Positions 25,129 through 34,622 of a stretch of DNA of 58,366 nucleotides are shown piece by piece. The notes under the pieces are model-generated. The model was not told the origin of the DNA. It ran no database searches and saw only the letters and a list, made by a program, of their open reading frames with translations. The stretch comes from a virus. Taxonomy: Duplodnaviria; Caudoviricetes. Each line of letters starts with the position of its first letter. Positions within the stretch are counted from its first letter, which is position 1. The stretch is taken from positions 1 to 58,366 of the IMG/VR virus record IMGVR_UViG_3300045965_000268; one strand, 5' to 3'. The position numbers and the translations under genes are program-made.

Positions 25129-27353
25129 CAGTACCTCGCGTTCCACCGGATGACATAGGCGACGTTGGCCGCTTCCTCGACCGAGAGCCCGCCCTTCTGC
25201 ATGAGCCACGTCGCGAGGTCCGCGTCATTCATCAGGTTCAACGACGGCCACTGGGGACAGGTCGCGTCGCCGAGCTGGCCCCACCCGTGCGTGCCGCACA
25301 ACAGCGCCAGCGGCGGCGTCGCGCCATGAGGCGAGCGCCACGAGGTCACGCCGGCCGCGTGCTTCACCGCGTCCGGCGCGAGCTGCTCGGGAAGTCGGCC
25401 GCAGATCAGGCGCGCATCGAATTGCGCCGTGCTCGCGTTGAACATGCAGGGGAGCGCCGCGGTCCCCGGCGCGAAGACCCAGGGATACGTGTTGACCCAC
25501 TCGCACTTATCGAGGGGGCCCGTGTTGCACTCGACCGGCTTCATCGCCGGCTTCACCACGCGGCCGTTGTTCTCGGGCGCGACGATCCACGTCTTGACTC
25601 CGGTACGGCGCAGCCGGTGATCGGTGTCCTGTCCCCAGCAGCCGACCAGGATGTCGTCTTTCGGGCCGACGACGCCCTCGCGGTCGATGTGCAGCACGCA
25701 CTCGCGGCCGTTGGCGAAGCGGGTCAGGTTCGCCACCGTCGTCACCGTCTTCTCCACGCGGTCGAACGCGCGCACGACGAAGGTCCCGCTGCCGTTGACG
25801 CCGGAGCCCTCGACGAAGATCAACAGACCATCGCTGCTCCAGTCGGCGCCCTCGGGGAGCGTGAGCGTCGCGGTGCCCTGTCCGCCATCTCGGAGCACCG
25901 CCGCTCTCGTCGCGGCGACGTCCTTCCCGAACGACGCCTTCAGTACACCCTCGTCGGAGAAGGGAAGCGCGGACAGGATGTCGACGGTCATCGCCTGCGT
26001 CGAGATCCGGTACGAGCCGATCGCCCCTCGCTTGCTCGTGTGACTCCCGCGCGCCACTAGCCAGAGGAGATCAGGATCCTGAGGATCGACCTGCACGCTC
26101 CAAACGTGATCGAGCAGCGGCGACGTCGGCGTGCCGAACGTTCCGGTGAGCACGGCGTCGGTCGTCGCTAGTCCGGGCCCGGCGCACTCGGGATGATTCG
26201 GCCCGTGCGCGAACCAATGGTTGACGATCCGGATCACATGGTTGTAGGTGTCCGCGACCGCGAACTTGTGAAAGCCCTTGTCGCACGGAGCTGGCATCGG
26301 GATAGCGGTCATCCCCCACGGCCGGAACCAGGTCCGATCGCCGCCCGGATCAATGCCGGTCCCGACGTACGCGAGCTTCGAGTCGAACCACTCGTTCGAG
26401 ACCTGCACGTCGGCCGTCGCGCTGCCCTGGAACTCGAAGTAATCCGGGAGCAGGTTCCCGGGAGGCGGCGAGCAGAAAGAACGGAAGTGTTCGACGTGGC
26501 CGTCGCGGGAGATCTTCCCGAGCGCTCCGTTGATCGACAGGAAATAGAACCCGTCGCCCTGGGGATGCGCGATCGCCTGCACGATGTGCCCGAGCAACGA
26601 GACGCCACGCGGGCCCGGCAGGATCGGCTCACCGCAACCAGCGATGCGGCTCCAAAAATAGAGCTGCATGTCGCCCGCGGCCGGGTAGCACTCCTCGGTC
26701 ATCGAGCCCTGATGGCAGAGCACCCGGGGGAGATATCGGCCGCGGACGCCGATCGGATAGACCCAGAGGTCGGCCATCGACTTCGGCGTGTTCCACGGTT
26801 GCAGGCCCGCTGGAAGCTGGAGCGGCACCGAGGTGATCGGGGCCACGATACCCGGCCACGTGGCCCAGGCGGAGGGATACACGGGCCCGTTGACGTCCTT
26901 CCAGTCTCGCGAGTACCTCGTCGCCGGCACCGGGATTCGCGAGGCACCGAGCGGCGGGCCCTGTTCCGCGACGAGCATCGCGTACTCGTACGGCGGCATG
27001 CCGCCGTCTTCCGCTTCCGCGCGCACGAGGTAGTACCCGTCGGGGAGCGTCGTGGAGAACGTCCAACCGATCTTGTTCCCGACGCCCGTCGCGTCGGTCC
27101 AGTCGCCGAGCTGGACGAGCCCGTCCGGGCCCGTGACGCGAAGGCGCGCTCGCGGAGCCGGCGCTGCCAGGCCCTCGCGGCTGAACGTCAGCGACACGAC
27201 GGCGCTGGAGAACACCGCGGTGTGCGAGAAGCGCGCGTACGTGTTCTTATCCTGAGCGTTCGGGCTCGTGAGCGCCGTCGGTGCTTGCGCCCAGGCGACC
27301 GAGACCTGTAGGACAACCGCGAGCATCGCGGCAGCTATCCAGTGCATCCTCAT
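25128..27353 (-). CDS. Secreted NHL/beta-propeller-like protein
   Basis: Sec signal peptide MRMHWIAAAMLAVVLQVSVAWA-QA; NHL-like WFRPWGM...VADTYNHVIRIV and LTLPEGADW; strong GGAGG RBS. Confidence 0.7.
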   Translation of the reverse strand: MRMHWIAAAMLAVVLQVSVAWAQAPTALTSPNAQDKNTYARFSHTAVFSSAVVSLTFSREGLAAPAPRARLRVTGPDGLVQLGDWTDATGVGNKIGWTFSTTLPDGYYLVRAEAEDGGMPPYEYAMLVAEQGPPLGASRIPVPATRYSRDWKDVNGPVYPSAWATWPGIVAPITSVPLQLPAGLQPWNTPKSMADLWVYPIGVRGRYLPRVLCHQGSMTEECYPAAGDMQLYFWSRIAGCGEPILPGPRGVSLLGHIVQAIAHPQGDGFYFLSINGALGKISRDGHVEHFRSFCSPPPGNLLPDYFEFQGSATADVQVSNEWFDSKLAYVGTGIDPGGDRTWFRPWGMTAIPMPAPCDKGFHKFAVADTYNHVIRIVNHWFAHGPNHPECAGPGLATTDAVLTGTFGTPTSPLLDHVWSVQVDPQDPDLLWLVARGSHTSKRGAIGSYRISTQAMTVDILSALPFSDEGVLKASFGKDVAATRAAVLRDGGQGTATLTLPEGADWSSDGLLIFVEGSGVNGSGTFVVRAFDRVEKTVTTVANLTRFANGRECVLHIDREGVVGPKDDILVGCWGQDTDHRLRRTGVKTWIVAPENNGRVVKPAMKPVECNTGPLDKCEWVNTYPWVFAPGTAALPCMFNASTAQFDARLICGRLPEQLAPDAVKHAAGVTSWRSPHGATPPLALLCGTHGWGQLGDATCPQWPSLNLMNDADLATWLMQKGGLSVEEAANVAYVIRWNARY

Positions 27354-27397
27354 CTCCTCCTCCTCCCGTCCTCGCTCCTGAAGTTCATCTCTCGCCC

Positions 27398-27507
27398 AAA
27401 CAACAAAGGGCCGCCCTCGTCGTGCGCACGAGAACGACCCTTGTGTCATCGGCTTACGCCCCTACCGGCTGATCAGGCCGACAGGTAGGCGAGATGGAAT
27501 GTCGTTA
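27398..27507 (-). promoter_or_regulatory. Structured leader: upstream hairpin plus terminator-like hairpin
   Basis: Minus strand: CGCCTACC..CGGC-CTGATCA-GCCG-GTAGGGGCG, then AAGGGTCGTTCTCGT/ACGAGGGCGGCCCTT followed by TGTTGTTT. Confidence 0.6.
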
Positions 27508-27509
27508 GG

Positions 27510-28928
27510 TCATTGCTCCACCACGTGATGCGTCGCCGCCAGCTTCGACGCGGTGACGATCCCCCCGAGCGTTGTCTGGATGTCGGAACGGTCGTTCACG
27601 AGCGACCCGATCTCCGTGAGCGCCTCATCCTGTACGAGCGCCGCGAGATCCAGCGTGATCGTCCCGTCTGCCTCCCAGCCCTTCAGGAAATGGTGATCAC
27701 TCTTCGTCGTCAGCGCGAGCCCGCCGTTCGGATCAGCCGACGCCGTCGGCCCCTTGAAGAGATGGCCCGGCATGATCGGACGGTACCCCTGGTTGAGGAA
27801 GTCGATCGCCGTCGACTCGATGTACGGCGGGCCCTCACCGAAGTCGTAGATGTCCCGCCCGAGGAGCTTCGTCTGCCCCACCGGAAACGAGGTGAGGAAC
27901 AGGTCGGAGAAGTTCGCGTGTCCGCTCGGGATCGCGAAGAAGTCCGCGTACTCGACGCTCCAAAAGATTTGCTGCGTCGTCGTATACGGCGTGTACATGA
28001 ACACGGCCGGACTGCCCCCGGGCCCATCCTGCGTCCCGAAGATCCCCGTGTGGATCAGCGTCCGGGCCCCGCTGACGAGCTGCGAGTACGCCGTTCCGAT
28101 CCTCGGCCCCTGCGACGAGCCGCCCGATCCGACGCCGAGGAACAGCAGCGTGTCTTCCAGCGACGGGGCCCGAATGACCTTGATGTCGGTCCACTCCGAC
28201 CCGTCCGTCTCACCGGACGGAGGCGTGAGCGTCTCGGACTCCCACTCCACGGCGTCCGTCGCAACGTTGCGGAGCAGCGCAACGGTTCCGGTGTTCTCCG
28301 TGCTGTACAGCACGTGCTCGGCACTGAGGTAGACGTCGATGGTGTCGGCGGCGCGGAACGTCGGACCCGTCTCCGAGAGCAGCTCCACGATGAGCGCCTC
28401 GCCCTCGGGGAGCGCCGCTCCCGGCGTCGGTCGAGCGATGCGGTACACGAAGAAGTGCCGCGTCCCGGAGCCCGACTGGGTACGCTCGACGAAGAACGTG
28501 TCGGGATCTTCGCCCCATCGCGTCCTGAACGTGAACTCCGTCGGTGCGCCCATCACGTTCGCAATGCTGACCACTTCAACCTCACGTTCATAGTTCCGGA
28601 AATAGAGCGCGCGATTGCCTGGGAAAGCGATCGAGTCCGCGATGAACAGCTCCTCGACGATCTCGCCGATCTCGACACGCGGCCGCAACGGCTGGGACCT
28701 TCGCCAGTGGTGCCGGAGGATGTGCCGCGGCCGTCCGTTCGCCCAGGCCACCGGAACGATGTCGCCAGCACGGAGCTTCGCGTCCCCGGTCGCCGCCAGG
28801 ACGCCGCCCCGCACCTGATAGCGTCCGTCGGCCCGCACCGCCTCGACCGTCTCCGAGGTGATCTGGGCCGGGTACCTCACTCCCTCGATCACCTTCCGGA
28901 CAGCTCGCGAGAGCCGCTGCGTCGTCAT
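27510..28928 (-). CDS. Putative tail-tip protein
   Basis: N-terminal OB-like LRAGDIVPV segment; follows the hub gene. Confidence 0.55.
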   Translation of the reverse strand: MTTQRLSRAVRKVIEGVRYPAQITSETVEAVRADGRYQVRGGVLAATGDAKLRAGDIVPVAWANGRPRHILRHHWRRSQPLRPRVEIGEIVEELFIADSIAFPGNRALYFRNYEREVEVVSIANVMGAPTEFTFRTRWGEDPDTFFVERTQSGSGTRHFFVYRIARPTPGAALPEGEALIVELLSETGPTFRAADTIDVYLSAEHVLYSTENTGTVALLRNVATDAVEWESETLTPPSGETDGSEWTDIKVIRAPSLEDTLLFLGVGSGGSSQGPRIGTAYSQLVSGARTLIHTGIFGTQDGPGGSPAVFMYTPYTTTQQIFWSVEYADFFAIPSGHANFSDLFLTSFPVGQTKLLGRDIYDFGEGPPYIESTAIDFLNQGYRPIMPGHLFKGPTASADPNGGLALTTKSDHHFLKGWEADGTITLDLAALVQDEALTEIGSLVNDRSDIQTTLGGIVTASKLAATHHVVEQ

Positions 28929-29182
28929 CGCGACTTCCCGTGCACGACGGGTCGATCCGTATCCGTCTGGCTCTGGAGCACGACGTCGCCGGCTCGGTGC
29001 GGCTCGTCCGTGGTCGGCGCCGACGTGGCCCGGCGACCCTGGTCGTCGACCGTGATCAGGTAGCCCGCCGCGGTGACCGCCTCGACCTTGACGGTCTGGA
29101 TCGGTGCCGGCGCAGAACGCTTCGCCACACCCTGAATCGCCCGGAAGAGTCGCCCACGGTCGATCACACCGTAGCCGCCCAA
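28925..29182 (-). CDS. Small tail protein (OB-fold-like)
   Basis: EPHRAGDVVL motif; coupled to neighbours. Start uncertain. Confidence 0.5.
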   Translation of the reverse strand: MGGYGVIDRGRLFRAIQGVAKRSAPAPIQTVKVEAVTAAGYLITVDDQGRRATSAPTTDEPHRAGDVVLQSQTDTDRPVVHGKSR

Positions 29183-30828
29183 TACTTCGCGGTGATCGTC
29201 GTCACGAGCCGAGCCGCCTCGCGCGACTCGTCATAGCGCACGCTGGCCCCGGTCACGAGCATCGGCTGGAACGTAATGCTCGCCCCAGCCGCGTTCTTCA
29301 CTCCAGTCAGCGCGATGACCTGGCCCTTGTGAATCTGCGGCAGCGAGGTGATGAACGTCACCTCGTGCTCGGTGAGATCGTTCGCCGCCTGGATCCGATC
29401 GCGAACCGCCTGGAGCTGGGTCAGCGTGAAGTGCCTCAGGTCCAGCTCGACCGTCAGGGCCCGCGGGTCGGCGGACATGTCGTCCTCGATCAGCGTAACC
29501 GGCGTCAGCTCCGCCTTCGTACCCGAGAGCGGCGGCCGCACCCCGCCGACGCGGAACCCCGATCCGCGTCCCGTGAACGACCGCTTGACGAACCATCGGT
29601 CTTCGTCGTCCTTCCCCTCGACGGTGATGGTCTGCACCGTCGACAGCGGACTCTCGTCGGAGTTCTTCTCCGTCTCACGCTCGTACTCCTGGGGGACGCC
29701 GTCCGAGTCGGGACGGAAACGACGCGTCAGCTTCGCCGACAGGAACCTGTCGCTGTCATAGCTGTAGGCGCATTCCTCACGGTGGCTGAACACGAGTTCC
29801 CCGTCGCTGGTCGCCGTCGAGGAGATCGTCTCCTTGATCGTGTTCTGGAGCTGCGGCTGGTTCACTGGCACACCGCGGTCGTAGATCGAGTCTTCCCACT
29901 CCTGAAACAGCGTCTCTTCGGAAGTGACCCTGGTCGTCCCGGTCGCCGCGTCGATCTGCCAGCGCCGGACGAATTGCTCCAGAAGGAGATCGTCCGGCAT
30001 GCGACGCTGCTCAACGGTGACTACCCGAGAGCCGTTCTGCCCCCCGGCCGGCGCGACGAACTCGTCGGTCACGAACTCCTTCGTGAACCCGCCAACGAAG
30101 ACACCGCCCTCTCCGCCCTGAGGAAGTCGCTGCCCTCGCAGCACGAGCCGCTTGACCCGTGGGAGGATCCTCTTCTCGACCTCGACGCTGCGGATCTTGT
30201 CGTTGTCGACCGTGTACGTCGCCTCGGCGACCAGCGTCGCCGGGCGCTGCCGGATGAAGATCACCTCGCCGTCCGACCAGATGTCGACCCGGCCCGGCTC
30301 CGTCTGCGACCAGGGCGCCGCGAGCTGACGGAGGATATCGATCGCGGTCCCGATCGCCTCGAAGTCCTCCTGGAGCGTGTAATCCTCCACTTGCCACTGC
30401 ATCGAGAACCCGAGGTCGTCCGCGATCGTCGTGGCGATGTGGCTCGCCAGGAATTGCCCCTCGGACTCCTCGATCTCCTCCTGGTCGGCCACGTCGATCT
30501 GCTCCAGCACCGCCGGCCGCGGGGCCCGGAGGAAGCGACGGCGGATCTGGCGATCCAGGAGATGCGCCGCCGCATCGCGGCCGCGGATCGTCGACCGCAG
30601 CTCGTTCGGCAGCACCCGGAGCCCCCAGACGTCGACCACTCCGTCGCGGAGCTGCGCGATCACCTGCTCCGCGCTCAGCGCATCGAGATAGCCCGCGGTG
30701 AGCGTCCAGCGCTCCGCCTCGGTCGCCGCCGCAAAGACGCCGTTGTCCGGGAACTCCGCGTCGAACGTGTCCGGCACGGACTCCAGAACGGAGTTGACCG
30801 AGAAACGGCTCGGCTTCATGACCGTCAT
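29164..30828 (-). CDS. Tail hub/baseplate-like protein
   Basis: LRSTIRGRDAAAHLLD N-terminal and LPQIHKGQVIAL C-terminal hub-like patterns; position in tail module. Confidence 0.6.
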   Translation of the reverse strand: MTVMKPSRFSVNSVLESVPDTFDAEFPDNGVFAAATEAERWTLTAGYLDALSAEQVIAQLRDGVVDVWGLRVLPNELRSTIRGRDAAAHLLDRQIRRRFLRAPRPAVLEQIDVADQEEIEESEGQFLASHIATTIADDLGFSMQWQVEDYTLQEDFEAIGTAIDILRQLAAPWSQTEPGRVDIWSDGEVIFIRQRPATLVAEATYTVDNDKIRSVEVEKRILPRVKRLVLRGQRLPQGGEGGVFVGGFTKEFVTDEFVAPAGGQNGSRVVTVEQRRMPDDLLLEQFVRRWQIDAATGTTRVTSEETLFQEWEDSIYDRGVPVNQPQLQNTIKETISSTATSDGELVFSHREECAYSYDSDRFLSAKLTRRFRPDSDGVPQEYERETEKNSDESPLSTVQTITVEGKDDEDRWFVKRSFTGRGSGFRVGGVRPPLSGTKAELTPVTLIEDDMSADPRALTVELDLRHFTLTQLQAVRDRIQAANDLTEHEVTFITSLPQIHKGQVIALTGVKNAAGASITFQPMLVTGASVRYDESREAARLVTTITAKYWAATV

Positions 30829-31838
30829 GGCGTACGGGTCACCGTCGCCACGGGACGCTGCACCTTGACGCGCTCCAGCTTCAGCAGATCCGGGACCTCA
30901 CGCCACGCCAGCGGCAGCGATGGCAGGGTCGCCTCCTCGTTCCACTGGAGCGGCAGATCCGCGAGCAGCTCGTCGACTTCCTCGATCCAGGTCAGCGGCA
31001 GGCTGATATCGAGCGGCACACGCTCGTCCCACGTAAGCGGGAGCGAGAGATCTGGGAGCAGCGTCTCGATCGGGAACGAGGCGCGCCGGATCATCCCGCT
31101 GAGCGTCTCCAGCGGCAGGCTGCGCCGCGTGGCGACGCCAGACAGCACCTCGACCGGCAGCGACGCCCGGCGCACTGTCGCCGGCTGACCCGCCTCGAAG
31201 TAGGCCACGATGCCCGTCACGAACGGGGAGCTGGGATTCGAAGCTGTCGTCCATTCGAAGAAGTTCGACCCGGCCGACGAGATGATCTTGTGCGCGGAAA
31301 GGATGCCCTGCACCGACGCCGTGGTCTGCTGGTTCACGACCTCGGTCCAGCCCCCCGCGGCCGTGAACGCGCCGGCCGCCGAGGCTTCCGAGGTCGCGAG
31401 CCCCATCAGGATCGCCTTCGGCTTGATCGTGGAGATCGACGGCGAGACGTGTGGCGTCCCGCCGGTCTGCGACTGCGCCGCTGACTGGTTGAAGCCCGGC
31501 ACGAACGCGCCGGCCGTATCCTGACCCGAGATCTCCGTCACGCCGAGCGACGGGTACTGAGCCGCGGTCAGCGTGAGCGTAAAGTTCTGATTCACCGTCC
31601 CTGGAATGTTGGTGTTGTACCGGGCCCGGATCCTGGTGTCGCCCGAGCCCGGCGTCTCAGCCAAAACCTCGGTCCAGGTCAGCGAGCCAGAGTCGGTGAA
31701 CGAGGAGAAGATCGCACCGCCAAAGTAGATCAACGCTGCGTGCAGCATGTTGCCCGCGGTCGTCGTCATGTTCGGCGTCGTAATGTTGGTGACCGCGTTC
31801 CCCTCAGCGTGGACTGAGCCGACGACGGCTAGGGCCAT
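30825..31838 (-). CDS. Virion structural protein with C-terminal short repeats
   Basis: Thr/Gly-rich N-domain; RRASLPVE and LPL(T/Q/A)W.E repeats. Confidence 0.6.
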   Translation of the reverse strand: MALAVVGSVHAEGNAVTNITTPNMTTTAGNMLHAALIYFGGAIFSSFTDSGSLTWTEVLAETPGSGDTRIRARYNTNIPGTVNQNFTLTLTAAQYPSLGVTEISGQDTAGAFVPGFNQSAAQSQTGGTPHVSPSISTIKPKAILMGLATSEASAAGAFTAAGGWTEVVNQQTTASVQGILSAHKIISSAGSNFFEWTTASNPSSPFVTGIVAYFEAGQPATVRRASLPVEVLSGVATRRSLPLETLSGMIRRASFPIETLLPDLSLPLTWDERVPLDISLPLTWIEEVDELLADLPLQWNEEATLPSLPLAWREVPDLLKLERVKVQRPVATVTRTP

Positions 31839-32272
31839 ACCGACTCCACGGGCCCCACGTCCTGGAGCTGGCCCGGCCCCACCAGATGACCGCTCCGGAT
31901 CCGCACCGCGGTCCTGATCGGCCCCGTAGCGACCAGGATGGCGCGCGCCTCGGTGCCCGGCGCGAAGCCCTGAGGCACCAGAGTGACACCGTCCGGTGAG
32001 GTCATACGTCCAGCGTTGATGCTCGCAACAGGAGGAATCAACGGCCGGCCCACACGATCGAGCGCGAGGCAGCCGATCCGGGTCGCCGACATGAAGAACT
32101 CTGGCATCGCGAGCGGATGTGTGCGGATCTCAATCTGCACACGCATCTCGACGGACGGGTCGCGGTGATCGTCAATGTCCCACTCGCACCAGAGCCGCGT
32201 GCCTTCGATCGGGGCCCAGCGAGAGACTTCTGCGCCGAAGAGCGTCTCCGTGTACCCGGTCTCGATGCTCAC
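31829..32272 (-). CDS. Hypothetical tail-region protein
   Basis: GTG start overlaps the upstream stop. Confidence 0.5.
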   Translation of the reverse strand: MSIETGYTETLFGAEVSRWAPIEGTRLWCEWDIDDHRDPSVEMRVQIEIRTHPLAMPEFFMSATRIGCLALDRVGRPLIPPVASINAGRMTSPDGVTLVPQGFAPGTEARAILVATGPIRTAVRIRSGHLVGPGQLQDVGPVESVWP

Positions 32273-33249
32273 GCCGAGTTTCCGACGAGGTCGGGGAGGT
32301 ACGTCGTCTTCGTCGCCGCCAGCGCGACGGCCAGCGTGAGTTCGAGCCACACGCCTTGAGCTGCGCCGGCCGTCAGGGTCGCGCTGTTCGCCATATTTTT
32401 GTCGGCGCTGTCGAAGGTGATGCCGCCCGGCGCAACCTGGCGATTGTTGCCGCCACCGTTGGTGCCGGTATCGTCCAGCGTCGCCACGACGCCGAAGGCG
32501 ACGATCGTCGACGGGTCGCTGCCTTCCTTGACCTGAGCGGCGAGCAGCGCGAGCGTCGCGTGGCCGTTCTTCGCAAAGAGCTTCTCGTAATACTTCCGCG
32601 TCACGCCTCCCGTCGGATCGGCCGAAGCACCGTAGAACGGACGCCTGATCGTCGTGATCTCGTGCGGCGACTTGTCGAACACGCACCCGGGCGCAATCCG
32701 GAACGTCGAGGTGCCGTTCGGGTTCGTGCCCCAGTCCCGCGACACGTGAGCGACCTTCGTGGAGCCGACGTAGTCGATGATCTGGCGGATCTGCCCGGAG
32801 CCCGTGCCGCCGGTGAGACGGATCACCTGGCCGTTGTAGAAGTCGTCGGTGCCCGAGGCGCTCGCGTCGAGCGTGATGGTGTCAGCCGCGCCGGCTTGCG
32901 CGGTGTTGGAGCGTGTCGCGGTCTGATGCTCCACCGCCACGTCGCCCGTCGTGGTCGCCGACTTGATCAGCTTCATCAGCCGATCCATCGTCGCCGCGTA
33001 CGTGACCGCCGTCGTACCGTTCAGCGTCTTGACCTCGTTGAGGATGGCGCCCGACGCCGCCCGGTAGTGAATCGTCACCGTCTGCGTCGTATCGCCAGCG
33101 GCCGACGAGATCACCTGCACGAGCCCGTTGCAGTCGATGAACTCCGGCTTCGTCGCTGTCGCGATAGCTCCGCCGATCGCGAGCGTCGCCTCGTCCTCGG
33201 GCATGACCGCCGATCCGTACCAGCGCAGATCCTTCTGAAGGACAGGCAT
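32269..33249 (-). CDS. Minor tail protein
   Basis: Contains a TAQAG..TITLDA.AS..DD.YNG...GTGSGQ module shared with the neighbouring gene. Confidence 0.7.
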   Translation of the reverse strand: MPVLQKDLRWYGSAVMPEDEATLAIGGAIATATKPEFIDCNGLVQVISSAAGDTTQTVTIHYRAASGAILNEVKTLNGTTAVTYAATMDRLMKLIKSATTTGDVAVEHQTATRSNTAQAGAADTITLDASASGTDDFYNGQVIRLTGGTGSGQIRQIIDYVGSTKVAHVSRDWGTNPNGTSTFRIAPGCVFDKSPHEITTIRRPFYGASADPTGGVTRKYYEKLFAKNGHATLALLAAQVKEGSDPSTIVAFGVVATLDDTGTNGGGNNRQVAPGGITFDSADKNMANSATLTAGAAQGVWLELTLAVALAATKTTYLPDLVGNSA

Positions 33250-33252
33250 CGG

Positions 33253-34206
33253 TTAACTCTCCACGTGTCGGATCAACGCCGTTCGGGGATTGCCCGACTC
33301 CGCAGCCCCGGCTGGCGGAACGATGTTCAGCCAGAACGCTCGCTGCTGACCGATCGGCAACGTCCCGATCGTGAGGTCGGACGTCGCGAGCGCCGGAGGC
33401 ACGCCATAGGTCGGAGAGGGCCCGCCGGTCGTGTTCGCCGTCGGCAGCGCGCCGGCACCGACCGCACCGCCGGTGTCGATGTACTGCGTCACCTGGCCCA
33501 GCGTGGCGCGCAGCTTCGAACCGGTGTAGTCGCCCTGCACCGTGGTCCGGTACACCTTGATGCCCGTCGACGCCGGAGAGCTGCTGTTCGTCCAATCGAG
33601 CTGCACACGCTGAGTCGCGGTCACGCTCGCCACGACCTCGACGCTGCCCGTCGTCTCCCCGGCGGCGTTCGTCCCCGTGATCCGGTAGTAGATCGTCGTC
33701 GGCGAGCCCCAGGTCCCGGAGCCCGACAGGATCGTGACGGTGACGCCGAACGGAGGCATGACCGTTGCCGTGTCGAGACCGATCCGCACGCGCGTGTGGC
33801 CGTCCGACGCTCCGTCTTGTGCGATCTTCGCCAGGACACTCCCCAGGGACCGGTCCGAGGTGTTCTCCACGAAGATCTTCTGCGCTCCGTGCACGCGGAA
33901 CACCGACGTCCCGTTCGGCGTCGGGCTGAAGGTGCCGCCGACCGTGGCGACCCTCGTCGAGCCGACGTAGTCGGTGATCTGCTGCGCCGCCTGGCCCGAG
34001 CCGGTACCCGACGTGATCGAGATAAAGAGCCCGTTGTAATGGTCGTCCTCGGAGCTGGCCCCGGCATCGAGGGTGATCGTCGTCGACGACCCGGCTTGCG
34101 CCGTCCCGCTGCGGTCCGTCTCCTTCCCCGAGATCTGCTCGGTGATCGTCGGGCTGGAGAGCACCGCGTTGCCCGTCTTATCCCACCAGCGAATCGAGAC
34201 GGCCAT
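33253..34206 (-). CDS. Minor tail protein
   Basis: Same shared module plus an Fn3-like YYRITGTNAAGET...VQLDWT segment. Confidence 0.7.
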   Translation of the reverse strand: MAVSIRWWDKTGNAVLSSPTITEQISGKETDRSGTAQAGSSTTITLDAGASSEDDHYNGLFISITSGTGSGQAAQQITDYVGSTRVATVGGTFSPTPNGTSVFRVHGAQKIFVENTSDRSLGSVLAKIAQDGASDGHTRVRIGLDTATVMPPFGVTVTILSGSGTWGSPTTIYYRITGTNAAGETTGSVEVVASVTATQRVQLDWTNSSSPASTGIKVYRTTVQGDYTGSKLRATLGQVTQYIDTGGAVGAGALPTANTTGGPSPTYGVPPALATSDLTIGTLPIGQQRAFWLNIVPPAGAAESGNPRTALIRHVES

Positions 34207-34622
34207 TACGCCCCCGCGTACGCAACACCCCGGAGGGTGCGCAGCTCTGTTACCTGGAGCGACATCGACCAGCGATAGAGGAGAGAGTCGTCTTCACGAC
34301 GACCGATGAAGGTCTCGACAGCCCGGAACAGCGTGATGTACCCGTCGTAATCCGAGCCTTCCCAGTCCACCACTGCGACCGGCGTCGCACTCACGACGAG
34401 CGCGTCGAGCAGCTTCACCGTCGGGAAGTCGATGTACTGCTCCCCGGAATCGATCTCGACGGTCATGTCCTTCTTGAAGCGCCCGAAGTGTTGAATCACC
34501 ACGTCGCCGCCCAGCACCGGATCCACGCTATAGCGCTTCGGCCAGCTCTTGATGTACGTCGTTGGATCGCACGGCACCGCGACGCCACCGATCGTCAGAT
34601 GCCCGATGTTGGGGATCGTCAT
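34206..34622 (-). CDS. Distal tail (Dit-like) protein
   Basis: Size and position directly after the tape measure gene. Confidence 0.55.
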   Translation of the reverse strand: MTIPNIGHLTIGGVAVPCDPTTYIKSWPKRYSVDPVLGGDVVIQHFGRFKKDMTVEIDSGEQYIDFPTVKLLDALVVSATPVAVVDWEGSDYDGYITLFRAVETFIGRREDDSLLYRWSMSLQVTELRTLRGVAYAGA

